From: Schizochytrium sp. TIO01
Taxonomy: Eukaryota; Protista; Bigyra: Labyrinthulomycetes
NCBI GenBank assembly: GCA_004764695.1
Contig: SMSO01000006.1
Location: 1,689,859 to 1,753,858 of the forward strand
Direction of reading: 5' to 3'
Length of the DNA: 64,000 nt
Below the pieces are notes generated by a model that was not told the origin of the DNA, searched no databases, and was given only the letters and a program-made list of their open reading frames with translations. Below are positions 36,548-47,800 of this stretch, one piece after another. Position numbers and translations under genes: made by a program. How positions within the stretch are numbered: the first letter of the stretch is position 1; the number at the start of each line of letters is the position of its first letter.

Positions 36548-37261
36548 ATGAACTTTCTGCTGGGCCTTCTCTTCGTGGTCGTCCCGGGAGGCCTCGGACT
36601 TTACCTTGCTAAACATGGTCATTCAAGGTTCATCACAGACATTTTTGTGGGCATAATCATCACAGTGCTCGGATCATCGTTCTTGGTTTTCGAACTGATT
36701 AATCTCATGATCTGGCCATTTCGTCTTGTGCGACGCGTTCTAGGCCTGGCCCCGAAGCCATTGCCAGCTGCTGAGGCGTCAGATCTTGCCACGGGTCGCA
36801 AGACCACGGAAAAACGCAAGATTGTACTCTTTGATGGCGTCTGTGTCTTGTGTAATCGCTTTGGACGCTTCGTGGTCTCTCACCTTCCTGACCCTAACGA
36901 GGTTGCCTTTGTACCTTTCCAAGACCCCATGGCTAACCCTCATGTAAACGTGAAGCGTCTTACTGAGGAGTTTGGTTTCGAGGATAAGGAACTTGAGGAT
37001 CGTATTGCTGTAATTGAGGGAGATAAGATTTTTTGGGGACCTGATGCTGTGATTACCATCATGCAATGGTGCTATCTGCCTTTTCCATTGGCTAAACTTG
37101 GTCTCCTCGTGCCTTTTCCCATCCGAGATGCAGCCTACTTGACTGTTGCCAAAAACAGGTATCGCTGGTTCGGTACACAGCCGCTTGATCAGAATTTCGC
37201 CAAATATCTTTGCCCATACTTATATGTAAAAAAGGCTTTTGGGAGTGGCAAGCAAGACTAG
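36548..37261 (+). CDS. DCC-family (DUF393) thiol-disulfide oxidoreductase with N-terminal membrane segments
   Basis: IVLFDGVCVLCN (DxxCxxC) and C-terminal P.PIRDAAY..VAKNRYRWFG typical of DCC1/YuxK. Two hydrophobic helices follow ATG 36548. Confidence 0.88.
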   Translation: MNFLLGLLFVVVPGGLGLYLAKHGHSRFITDIFVGIIITVLGSSFLVFELINLMIWPFRLVRRVLGLAPKPLPAAEASDLATGRKTTEKRKIVLFDGVCVLCNRFGRFVVSHLPDPNEVAFVPFQDPMANPHVNVKRLTEEFGFEDKELEDRIAVIEGDKIFWGPDAVITIMQWCYLPFPLAKLGLLVPFPIRDAAYLTVAKNRYRWFGTQPLDQNFAKYLCPYLYVKKAFGSGKQD

Positions 37262-37950
37262 GTTTTTCCAGAGAGGCTTCCCTCACAAGGTCATTTCATG
37301 AAATCGTAAAATCATGAAATCATAGCTCACACTTGCAAGGGATACTTCTTCTTGTGATGCTACCTCTTTCTAAATTGATAAATTAGAGAGGAGAACAAGT
37401 CACGTCACTTTAATTCTACAACCTCTTTCGGTGTTTTTCAAGACTGTGCAAGGAGATAATTCAATACTCGTACATAAAATGAGATTCGATATCAAAACGC
37501 ATTCACTTATGCTCACCCTGCATTGAGAAACCTTATTTTGTAGACAAATACGATTGGGGTCGGCAACTACCTTTTTTACTAGCATAGTCTTATTTTGATA
37601 ATGTTTTTTGCTCGTCCGATTAGGTCCATAACTAGATCTTTTAACTGTATGGGCATGGTATATCCTACAATTTAAAGGGAGTGATGAAAAGGGAATCTCA
37701 CTGAAGAAGTAGAAAAAGGATAGTATTTTTCGTTAGTTTGCAATCCGCTCGTGTATTTAAAAGTCATTAGCTAAGCGACAAGGAGACTTTGCTTTGAAAA
37801 AAAGTAAAAGCTACACGCATGGAGGTATCACGTGAGAGTAAATCGCTGGAATATAGCGAAATGGCGGTTGAGGTTTGGCACGTTCGGGAAAAGGTTGGGA
37901 AAAGAACAGGTGAGTGTCAGGAGGTCTGATCTTAAGTTGCCTTTCGAAAT

Positions 37951-38865
37951 TTAGGCGTGATCTTTCCAATCAGTGATGATGAACTGTGTCACAAGATCCA
38001 AGAGGGTGAAGGCAATCATGGCCGCCGCAAGACTACTCTCAACAACGCGACGGAGGGACCACTTTTTATCTACAGTCTCATCGAGGCCGTACACCATAGG
38101 GAAACTTGGAATAAAGTAGCAGGCGTAGCAAAGGGCGCCCCAAGTCAAAGCCCACTCCATGTTCTTGTATGAAAAGAGGTCGTCGATCGCTTCCATAGTA
38201 GTTGCGAAGATCTCTCCCCAAGCAAACAACAGAGAGGAGAAGAAAACAGCCAAGCCTTGCATCAGAGCCGAATCGCGCACGTAAGGCGCAGTACGAATGA
38301 TGCGGATAAAAACGACGGACACAGCATGGTACGTAATGAAAAAGTACCAAGCATGCATGTACATCATAACAGGCACTACCTGTCGGCCAGTACCGACATG
38401 CTGGCTGTCAAAGTTCCATTTCAGGTGCGGAAACGCATACTTCATACCGAGGACATCAAAGAAGTACTCAGTGAAGAAGTAAGAAGCCTCAAAACCAAAA
38501 AGCCAGATCCACACGGAGAACTTGAACCAGTATGTCTCATACCAGGGTGCTTGCGTAGGGCACCAGATCCATGGTACAACAATGTTGGGAAGCGCGATGA
38601 GAATCGTAACGGCAACGTTACCTACATCACCAACCTTCAAGTGGTAACCCGAAATACACCAACCCACGAAAAGAGCAGCCCAAATTGGGGAGTAGATCAA
38701 ATACCACTTCTCCGTCCAGGCCTTTTCGGGGTTTGGGGAGAACACGCGCCATTCGACATCATTGGACTCGCTCACCTCCACACTCGTAACGTTTTGGTTG
38801 CCTCCATTGGCATTGGTACCTTTGTCCTTGTTCTTGCGCTGGCGCATACCCGCAGAAGAGGACAT
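37951..38865 (-). CDS. CPI1: Cycloeucalenol cycloisomerase (cyclopropylsterol isomerase)-like protein
   Basis: SPNPEKAWTEKWYLIYSPIW, YFFTEYFFDVLGMKYAFP, VP...FITYH, YACYFIPSFPM and LLDL motifs resemble plant CPI1. Multi-TM. Start placed at MSSSAG; the ORF extends to 39030. Confidence 0.8.
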   Translation of the reverse strand: MSSSAGMRQRKNKDKGTNANGGNQNVTSVEVSESNDVEWRVFSPNPEKAWTEKWYLIYSPIWAALFVGWCISGYHLKVGDVGNVAVTILIALPNIVVPWIWCPTQAPWYETYWFKFSVWIWLFGFEASYFFTEYFFDVLGMKYAFPHLKWNFDSQHVGTGRQVVPVMMYMHAWYFFITYHAVSVVFIRIIRTAPYVRDSALMQGLAVFFSSLLFAWGEIFATTMEAIDDLFSYKNMEWALTWGALCYACYFIPSFPMVYGLDETVDKKWSLRRVVESSLAAAMIAFTLLDLVTQFIITDWKDHA

Positions 38866-39920
38866 CTTCGCTCCAAGTCCAGTCGCTATTTGGCGTTTCA
38901 GTAGCAACGCAATTCCCTGGGCCAAGTAAAACCCCCACGAGTTACTATCTCTGCTCGCGCAGAATCCGCCCAAGTTATTACTGTTCTGGCAAAGCAAGGC
39001 AAAGCTTTCCTTTGTACAGGTTTGCGTCATTCAAGCTCACGCAATCACACTCCGTGCATTAAGGTGCATCTCCCGTGATCAGTGGCTATGTCCCATTTGC
39101 GGCTCCTCATAACCTACTTGTGCCCAGGTCACACTATGGCCTATACGTTAAGGCGGATGCTTCACAAGTCACTTATAGAGGGCCTCACAGTGGGGCAAAG
39201 GTTCTCGCGGAGCTGTGTAAAGGAGGGAATCGGAAATGGGTTATACATCGCGTGCAAGTGAGTTATAGCGGCGCATACAGTGCAGGAAACGGAAGATGCC
39301 AGTCCACGTAGCCTAGAGCGCCCTACGCTGGCTCGCTAGGAGACTCGTAGAGGAAAAGTGGAAAGGAAGAAGAAGAAGAAGTCGCGTGCTTTTGCTTCGC
39401 GAACCGGACGCGAGATCTCCATCTTGGACGAGTACAATAGCTAGCTCGCTAGCGGCAAGACGATTGCTGCAAACTCGTCTCCCAGAAGACGACCGCCTGG
39501 ACTCGAGGCTCCTCGAAAGCCTCGAGGCGGCTGGGCGACGACGCTGCGTGAACCGCAGCGTTGGCTCATCTTTTGGCGGAAAAGTGGTACCCGGTATCAT
39601 TTTTTGGGGGCTCCCCCGCGAGATTCTGGAGAATTGGGGCCAACCTGAAAGTAGGTTTGAAGGGCGAGCCTGCGAGCCTCGAGCATAGAAGTTCGCCAGG
39701 GTTTTGACTACACCCGTGAAGGGTGTACAGAAGAAGCTGCGTTGGTCCCCTAAGTTAATACTTTAGGGAGGCACCAGACCGGCTGTAAGTTAAAATTGTT
39801 TGTTCTGCAGATTATAAAGTCACAGAAGTAGCTGTATCTTCTTAAAACTCTGAGGTCAACTGTTAGGGGCTCGCCTGCAAAGTTTGCCCGTGAGCCTTGC
39901 ATTTTGAGTATTGCAGCAAC

Positions 39921-42900
39921 ATGAATTCAGAGGAAAGGCGGCGCAGACTCCCGCAGTCTCGTCAACGTGCATGTGAACAACAAATGTTGACAGAACCTGA
40001 TGTCCACGAAGAACTTGAACATGGTTCGGGAGAAAATATGGCTTCCCAAGCAGATGAAGGGATGCATTCTAGAGGTCGAGTAGAACGTTCGAATTCAGAA
40101 CCCCTCATTACTACAGATGAGGCTGAGTGCAGAGATCCTTACCTCCGTGCCAAGGATCATCATCGTGGTATTTCCTTTCCGAGCCTTGTTGCGTCTCTGA
40201 GCGATCAATCCATTTCCGCAGAACCACAACGACATAGTGGGGACCTCCAAGCTCGGTTAAAGCGAGGCATGAGTTTTGCAAGTGTAGCAAACAATGGAAT
40301 ATCTAAAATGATTGGCAAAATTATGACCCCCTTGGGTCAGCGTAAAGCTCGCAGGAAACGTGCAAATTCCGAGCCACTATTTGTTTTCGAACCTAGCGCT
40401 AGTGACCTTAAAGACAATGCACCTATTCATGGATCGGCGAGCTGGCATGAGCATTCACCGGACAGTAATGTACCTGGTGGTGATGGCTTTGATGATGACA
40501 CTATTTCAATGGCTCCACTTCGACGTGGCTACAGAGAACCCTCTCCGGGATACACGTATTACGCGAGTGGTTTGAGCAAAATATTCAATAAATTGAAGGT
40601 CAAAGCACATGGCATTGATCCTAGCTTTCTTGCATCCTCTCAAAATGCTGCCAACTATCTTTGTTTTCGATACGACAGCCATGCGTTCTTGGAGGATGAC
40701 GAGCAAGAGATTGTGGTTGGCAATATCCTCAAAGTTCAAAAACAATGGTCTGAGCCGCACAACGTGATCCCTAATCAAAACAAGAGCGCGATGTCTGCAC
40801 AGAATGATTTAGCAGATCTCAATAACGATCATATGCAAACGGCTGAAAAGAACGCACGGTACCATTTTGTGTCGGTTTTGTATGAGTTAATTCTCAGAGA
40901 GATGCTTCTTCCTCCTTCAGTAGCACAAAAACTTTTGGAAACGCAGACATTAGCACAGAAAAAAATGCTTATTGAACAGCATCGCCAGCTTTGTACCCAA
41001 CGAGTGCTCAATGATGAATCACGGCGTGCACTTTATCGTGTTCCATCAAATGGACAGTCTGGGTCAGCTTACGCCTCGCTATCATCTATTGTATCACCTA
41101 TAGCAGCAGTGTTGCCAGCAGGGCCGTCATTAGCTGCTTCGGCGTCCTCAATTCTGGCCAAGGTTATGGTTATGAAGGGTCACATCTCCCCAAGGTTAGA
41201 TACCGCGCTTCCGTTGCGCGATTTTGAGCAGATACTCTGCGAGGCACTTGTCCGCCTGCGCACAACAGATCGCCAGGGCTTGCAAGAATTCGTCATTGAA
41301 AATGGCCAGTCACTTTTTGAAATTCTCAATTTCTGTGCCTTCCGAAAGCCTTGTCGCCAAGAGGAAATGGCCATTATTTCCCGAAGTCTTCAGTGCTTGG
41401 AAGTGATTACCAACAACAATTTCGGGATTCAACTGGTGCTGCGTTTTCCTACAGCGCTGGTTACACTCGCAGTTTGCTCCAAATGCGAGCTGCCAGACCG
41501 TTCGAATAGTTCGAGTCCCCAGATTGCCATTGATGGCGTAAACAATGCCATTGTAGCTTTGGAGGTCCTCGTGCGTTTAATGTGGGGCTTACAGGGTGGG
41601 TCACAAAAAGTCATGGCAGGTAAGTTATTTTTTCACAGTTCGGAGTGTTACCCGAGTGTCTCTATGGATTGTTATGTCCCAAACTATTTTGGGCCGAGCC
41701 AATGTGCACGGGCCCCTTGTTATCTTGAAGATCCAAATCGACTCACAGTTAAATTATGCTATCACTGTCTTGCGTGCATATTAAATATATGCTTTCCTTG
41801 CCGCTCCCGTTTCGCTCGCACAGCTCTCGAAGAAGTGGCCAATATCCGTCACTGTCTTGGTGGAAGTCTACTGCTGTTCAAATACAACTACCTGGACACA
41901 TCTCTTGCGGACGATCAACCGTGTTTGCTTGTGGAGCTCTGTCTGGGAATCTGTACCTTCTTAAATTCTCTTATTGAATTAGAGGATGAGATCCAGAGGC
42001 GGGAGACGATCCGAGCGGGTATTCACCGACTTCAACTTTTTCTCGATGCATCTCAATTAGCAGTGCATATGGCTAGTATTCCATGGCCCAAACCTTACAA
42101 GGGAAAACGCTTGCACATCTATGCTCGGGAGGTTGAGACACAACTTGAAATTTTCCGGGTGCGAGGAGCACGTGATCTGAGCTCAATCGTTCAAGAGCCC
42201 AATCTTGATGTATATGGTAAGCTTGGGGAGTTAATCACACCATCTTTGAAACATGAAGCAAAACCGACCGAAAACAATGATTTGACCACTCAAATAGATG
42301 TAGTTCCTTCTGAGAAAATGCAAGTCAAGTTGGCTCTGGAGCCACCAACGTCAAAATCTTCGTCTGCTTCTATTGCAACACCTTTAAAGTTGAGTACCCG
42401 AAAGGGAATGAAGATAACACATCCCTCCGGTCTACAAAGCAGTACATTGGAGCCTCGTGTATTTTCATCATCTTTGCCTCTGGGACAGACTTCAATGAAC
42501 CGATCAACTCGCCAGTCACTGTCTTCTGGTCTTCATCGCGTCCAGACAAGTGGTTTGCACATGAATGCCACATCAGCATCGCAGTCTACCGCTAAGCACA
42601 GGCCTACAAATAATTCTGAAAATGCGCAACAACAGACGCAGCGACGACGGAAAAACCCACCCCCTCCTCGACCACCGCACCCGAGGTCGCAAACTAATTC
42701 ATCATCGCAATCACAAGCTCCTCTTTCAACGCAACTCCCATCATCGTCATCCTTGCCTTTACCCTCTACTCTGCCCGCTCATGCTAACGCCACTCGATTG
42801 CCCTCTGCGAAGCGCACGAAGGAAGCGGGGAGTAAGATATCATTATCTCACGAATCCGCCCCCAGTACATTGTCCGTATCGCTCCCGACTCAATCGCCAG

Positions 42901-44381
42901 ATTTATCGGAAAATCAAGGAAAGCGACCAAGTAGACAGAACACGCAGGTGTTATTGACAGAAACATCGAGACTCCGCAAAACAGCTGGCACTCGAACCCC
43001 TGATGTGTTGGATGTTCCTGAGCAGAAACCACAATGGCAAGCTGTGGTTCAACTTTTAGCACGTGCTGATTTAGCAGCTTACGAGCGGGCGTTCTATGAA
43101 GAAGGCTTTGATACGCTTGAACGAGTCAGCGAGATGGATGCTGAAGACTTTGCAGCGGTGCACATGCGACGTGGGCACATCAAGTCATTGTTGAAGGTTT
43201 TGAAGCAAATCGAAAGTGTCGCACCCAACGTAGGGTGGGATGGGCCACAAACACCCTCCCCGCGGGCTCCTTGTGAACTTTTAGCCCAGCAGTCCTCCCC
43301 TCTATTTTCGAGCAACGAAGTTCACATACCCGTTCCAGGTTCTTCATCTTCACGGCCATTTGGATTCAAGGTCATTCCTAATGCGGCCTTGGTTTTGCAA
43401 GGTCTAATTGGGCGTGGATCATTTGGTGATGTACACTTGTGTGAATATCAAGGTGGGAAATGTGTTGCAAAGAAGATTCGCTGGGCACCAGGAGAACCTG
43501 TCTCTGTTGACGCTGACGTAAATGAACGGCAGCTCCAGGAACAACAAAAAAGACTAACAAACGAGGTCATTTTGCGCGAAGCCGAAACAATGGAAATGTG
43601 CAAAAATCATCCCCATGTTGTCACACTTTTTGGTGTGTGTTTGGATTCTCCTGGCAACCTTTTGCTCATCAGTGAGCTTTGTGAACGCGGCAGTTTATTT
43701 GACGCAGTGGTCAAGCCCCGCCGCTCAGCCTTTAACTTTCAAGAAACTCTTGAACTTGCTCGCCAGGGTGTATCTGGACTGGTGCATCTTCACTCATTAG
43801 ATGTTGTACATCGCGATATCGCTGCTCGAAACTTTCTACTTGATTCAAGAGGAATTGTTAAAGTTTGTGACTTTGGGCTCGCTAAGATTAAGCCTCGCCA
43901 GATGAGCGGCTCATTTGACCATTCAAACTCTGGTGACTCGGCACGCATAAACCCGCTGCGATGGGCGGCTCCTGAAAGTTTACGTGATGGCAAATATTCC
44001 CCAGCTTCGGATGTTTATATGTGTGGCGTGTTTCTGTGGGAATTGTGGATTCGGGAACAACCTTTTCGTGACTTGGAGCCGATCGCCGCAGCATTGCAGG
44101 TTCTTCAAGGGCAGCGCCCACGAATCGACGATGATCGATGCGCTGAACGCCCGGAACTAGTTGATTTACTTCAATCATGTTGGCGCGCGTCACCACTCTC
44201 AAGACCTAGCATGATCGAGGTTCTGGCTTCCCTTCGAACTGTTCAGCAAATCTCATTCAACACTTTGGAGGCAAACCCAAGTTCTCATTGTGCGAATTCA
44301 GATTTTGGAAAGAAAAACTCTGCCAAGGATCGTTGTGGACGCCCCGGAGTCATCCACCACGAATATCAGAACGGAATTTGA
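39921..44381 (+). CDS. Formin GBD/FH3-like + SAM + tyrosine-kinase-like protein kinase; probable intron 41620-41823
   Basis: Kinase motifs IGRGSFGDV, VAKK, HRDIAARN, DFGLA, PLRWAAPE and SDVY. SAM-like LAAYERAFYEEGFDTLERVSEMDAEDFAAVHMRRGHIKSL. Diaphanous-like motifs at ~40860-42170. Confidence 0.88.
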   Translation: MNSEERRRRLPQSRQRACEQQMLTEPDVHEELEHGSGENMASQADEGMHSRGRVERSNSEPLITTDEAECRDPYLRAKDHHRGISFPSLVASLSDQSISAEPQRHSGDLQARLKRGMSFASVANNGISKMIGKIMTPLGQRKARRKRANSEPLFVFEPSASDLKDNAPIHGSASWHEHSPDSNVPGGDGFDDDTISMAPLRRGYREPSPGYTYYASGLSKIFNKLKVKAHGIDPSFLASSQNAANYLCFRYDSHAFLEDDEQEIVVGNILKVQKQWSEPHNVIPNQNKSAMSAQNDLADLNNDHMQTAEKNARYHFVSVLYELILREMLLPPSVAQKLLETQTLAQKKMLIEQHRQLCTQRVLNDESRRALYRVPSNGQSGSAYASLSSIVSPIAAVLPAGPSLAASASSILAKVMVMKGHISPRLDTALPLRDFEQILCEALVRLRTTDRQGLQEFVIENGQSLFEILNFCAFRKPCRQEEMAIISRSLQCLEVITNNNFGIQLVLRFPTALVTLAVCSKCELPDRSNSSSPQIAIDGVNNAIVALEVLVRLMWGLQGGSQKVMAGKLFFHSSECYPSVSMDCYVPNYFGPSQCARAPCYLEDPNRLTVKLCYHCLACILNICFPCRSRFARTALEEVANIRHCLGGSLLLFKYNYLDTSLADDQPCLLVELCLGICTFLNSLIELEDEIQRRETIRAGIHRLQLFLDASQLAVHMASIPWPKPYKGKRLHIYAREVETQLEIFRVRGARDLSSIVQEPNLDVYGKLGELITPSLKHEAKPTENNDLTTQIDVVPSEKMQVKLALEPPTSKSSSASIATPLKLSTRKGMKITHPSGLQSSTLEPRVFSSSLPLGQTSMNRSTRQSLSSGLHRVQTSGLHMNATSASQSTAKHRPTNNSENAQQQTQRRRKNPPPPRPPHPRSQTNSSSQSQAPLSTQLPSSSSLPLPSTLPAHANATRLPSAKRTKEAGSKISLSHESAPSTLSVSLPTQSPDLSENQGKRPSRQNTQVLLTETSRLRKTAGTRTPDVLDVPEQKPQWQAVVQLLARADLAAYERAFYEEGFDTLERVSEMDAEDFAAVHMRRGHIKSLLKVLKQIESVAPNVGWDGPQTPSPRAPCELLAQQSSPLFSSNEVHIPVPGSSSSRPFGFKVIPNAALVLQGLIGRGSFGDVHLCEYQGGKCVAKKIRWAPGEPVSVDADVNERQLQEQQKRLTNEVILREAETMEMCKNHPHVVTLFGVCLDSPGNLLLISELCERGSLFDAVVKPRRSAFNFQETLELARQGVSGLVHLHSLDVVHRDIAARNFLLDSRGIVKVCDFGLAKIKPRQMSGSFDHSNSGDSARINPLRWAAPESLRDGKYSPASDVYMCGVFLWELWIREQPFRDLEPIAAALQVLQGQRPRIDDDRCAERPELVDLLQSCWRASPLSRPSMIEVLASLRTVQQISFNTLEANPSSHCANSDFGKKNSAKDRCGRPGVIHHEYQNGI

Positions 44382-44847
44382 TCTTTTGTAAACATAGTAT
44401 AACCTTATCTATCCTTCGATTTGCTCATTTGATTTTGCTCATTTTTCATGAGAAATGTAGACTTACTGAAGTCTATCTAGCTATTTAATGCTTCTAGAAG
44501 AACACATCAAAGTGCAGTTAAAGGAACGAGTTGTGACGTCGGAAATTTATCAGGGGAAAGCAGGGGAAATAGGATGAAAATCACAAAATAATAATGGAGT
44601 ATAGTACTAGTACTACCTTGGCAAAGGAGAAATTGATTTACAGGACAAGGTGGGAAAATTGACAAACACGGTGAGCTGACTCTTCTTGGCCTTCATTACA
44701 TGGGTACTTATCGAGTCAATTCCTTTTCTAGAAAGAGTGTTTGCGTGTGTAATTGTAGCAGTTACGGTATTCGAAATTCTCTTTTAACACAAAAATACGC
44801 CTCGGCGAAGACAATGCAGCATGGGATTTGGTGCAAACGATTAACTA

Positions 44848-47800
44848 TTAGCAGATAAAGGTCAAAACGTTCTCATTATTTCCACGCATCATGACCGTAG
44901 GAGGCATACCTGTAGAGAGCATCTCGAGCCAAGACATGTAGAGACCCACCGAAATACCCGTTTCAGGCAAGGGGAGGGTAACAAAAATCATGCTGGTCTC
45001 AGGGCCTGAGGATTTTTGACGAATAATTTCAACAAGTCGCAAGGTTTGGTGCGTCTTTGCACGCTCTTGCGGCGAGAGCTCATCCATTGAAAGATGACTG
45101 ATTCTTTCAAACTCCTGAACCATAGCCTCTGATGCACGGCTCGAGAGATTTGCCTCAACGGCATCTACACTAGCATCGATACGGAACTTTTGTAACAAAT
45201 GCACCATGCGGAACTCAGTTTTCTGAAGCTTGGAAGTTTCATTCACGTTATAGTTTGTCACAGTCAGGACACGGAGCTTCTGGTGAGAACGCATAATACG
45301 ATTTTCCTTAAGAAGGTGGGGAATGAGCATTGTCAAACCACCGTCATCAGAGACCCACCATACATCAATGGTGTCACCCTGGAGTGTGGTTTGCGGAGAC
45401 GTGAGGATCTGAGAGCCACCAGGAGACAAGTCTCCACCATCAGAGCTACGAGTGGCACCATTACCTTCGTCGCTAGTAACGGTATTGCGGGGATGAACGA
45501 CGGCATCGTTCATGTCTGGCTGCGGAGTAGAAACTCCGGCACCAGCCAAGTCATCATCCTCATCAGCATCAGATGAGTAGTGGCGGCAGCATCCAGGTCC
45601 GACTGGGACACAGCCAAGAATCTGTTGCGGTTTAGAAACAGTATCCACGTTAAAGACGTTGTTATCATCACGCACAATCATGAGACCCATATTCGAGGCC
45701 AGAGAAATACGAATCATTTGTTCATACTCACGAATACTGGCCGGGCTTTCATTGCGCCAATTCTTCTTATAGCCTAGAACTACGGTGTTAGGTCGCATTC
45801 GACCAACACCAGAGCACTGCAAAAGGCTTTGGAAGCCGTCCAGGAGGGAGTCGCCCACAACAGCCTCGAAAAATGCGTTAGGGCAGCGATTACCACCCCA
45901 GATGTGGCGAGAATTCAAAAACTCCTCACCAGCGTCCCGATGTTTTTGGACGATAGCAAGACGCATTGCAAGCCGGGATGCAAGCTCGTTGTGAGCAGCA
46001 AGCTTATCATCGTCATCAGTGGTGTTATTGGTTTCGACCGAGCTTGAGCGTTGGGAGCTGGATTCCGGGTTTTTGGGTTCGCAAGCGTCAGCCTTGGTAA
46101 TGCTGATGCTAGACCCCTGGCTACCCTGTTCTTCGAGATCTACCTCAACGTCTTCTTCGTCTTCTTCTTCATCACCTTCACAAATATTACCCAAGAGAGG
46201 GGATGCTTCATGAGGGTCAGTGGTGGACGAAGTGCGATGCGCACGAGCAATAACTTCATCGATGATGACGTCACCGCAAATCATAATACCACCACCCTTT
46301 TTAAGTAGAGAGGTAAACTTGACGAGGCCATCGCGCTTGTTGGGGTTTCCAGACATGACAAGGAACTGAGGGCGAAAAGTTTTCACATGATCGCGTCCCT
46401 CGCGTTGGAGTTCCTCCATTTTCTTCAAGGTGCTGAAGTACTTGCGAGCTTCACCTGCCGCGCCCCAGTTGACCTCTGGGTCGAGCCACATAAGATATCC
46501 GTGGAGAAGTGCAGCAACGATGACAGTAAGAATGGAAGCGAGCCAGTCCATCATAAACATGACTACGATGCAAAGGATGAAACCAAAGAGAGACAGCCAC
46601 TTGTTGTAGTACTTGAAAGATGGGCGCCAGCCGGGATAGTGTGCCATAGAGGAGGCAAAACAAGCGTAGTTGGTAAATGCGTAGGACACCATGAAAAAGT
46701 TAGAGATGAGGGGGGCGATGACGTCGAGGGAGCCTACAACAGTGCATCCGCAAGTGATGGCAAACGTAAGCAGGTATGCGCGCACGGGCTCGTTGGCGAC
46801 TCCACGGCCCTTGCCAAAATAGTTGAGCCAAGGCCACGGGAAAAGTTCGTCAGCGGCAACACTTTGAAGAATGCGTGGCGCGCCCACGAGGGAGGCCAGA
46901 GCAGAGCTGAGGGTAGCGGCAAACACACCAACGTATAGAAGGGGAGACCAAATGCTGATATTCTGCATGATCATCTTGTTAAAGATGAGGCCACCATAGG
47001 GAACGAGACCAGTCTGCGCGGCAGTATCCATGTTGACGCAATATTCCTCACCATCAGCATCGGAGCAAACCAAGCTACTGAGGCCAACACACCAAATGAG
47101 AGCCAGGTAAGAGAAAAATGTTACTGTGATAGCTGCCAGGGTACCTTTGGGGATTGCCGAACTAGGATCTTTCAGATCACCAGAGAGGTTAGCACCAGCC
47201 ATGACACCAGTAGCTGCTGGGAAGAAGACAGCGAAGACAGTGAAAAAATCCTGTTGTTTGGCCGGGGTGGCTGGATCGGTGATGAAACTGCCGCCAAAGT
47301 TACGAGCAGCATATCCAACAAAGCCCTCCTCTGCGTTATCTGCGGCATTCGGGATGCCAGGGAAGAAAGTTCCGAGAAAGACAGAGGCCATTGAAAGGAG
47401 GAGCGTGACCAGGAGTCCAATTTGGCACTTTGCGTACCAAGAGACACCAACGAGAGCAATAAGAAGAAGAATGACGGTGGTGGCAAGACCAATGATACGA
47501 ATGTCATTGATCTCACTGCCTGCAATATAACCAACATCGGCGCTGACAAGAAGTGATGAGACAGACTCTGCAAAACCGATGACATACATCGAGGTGGCGA
47601 CAGCCTGGGCAAGGAAGAAAAGGATGCCGATTGGGCCACCATAAATTGGTCCAAGAGCTCTTGAGATGAGAAAGTATACACCACCACCCTTGACCTCGCC
47701 GTTTGTGCAAATTGCGCAAAGAGAGAGTGCTGTGATGGTTGTAACTACCTTGGAGGCGATGAGAATGACAGAGGCCAGAATGATACCTGCCTGTCCTACG

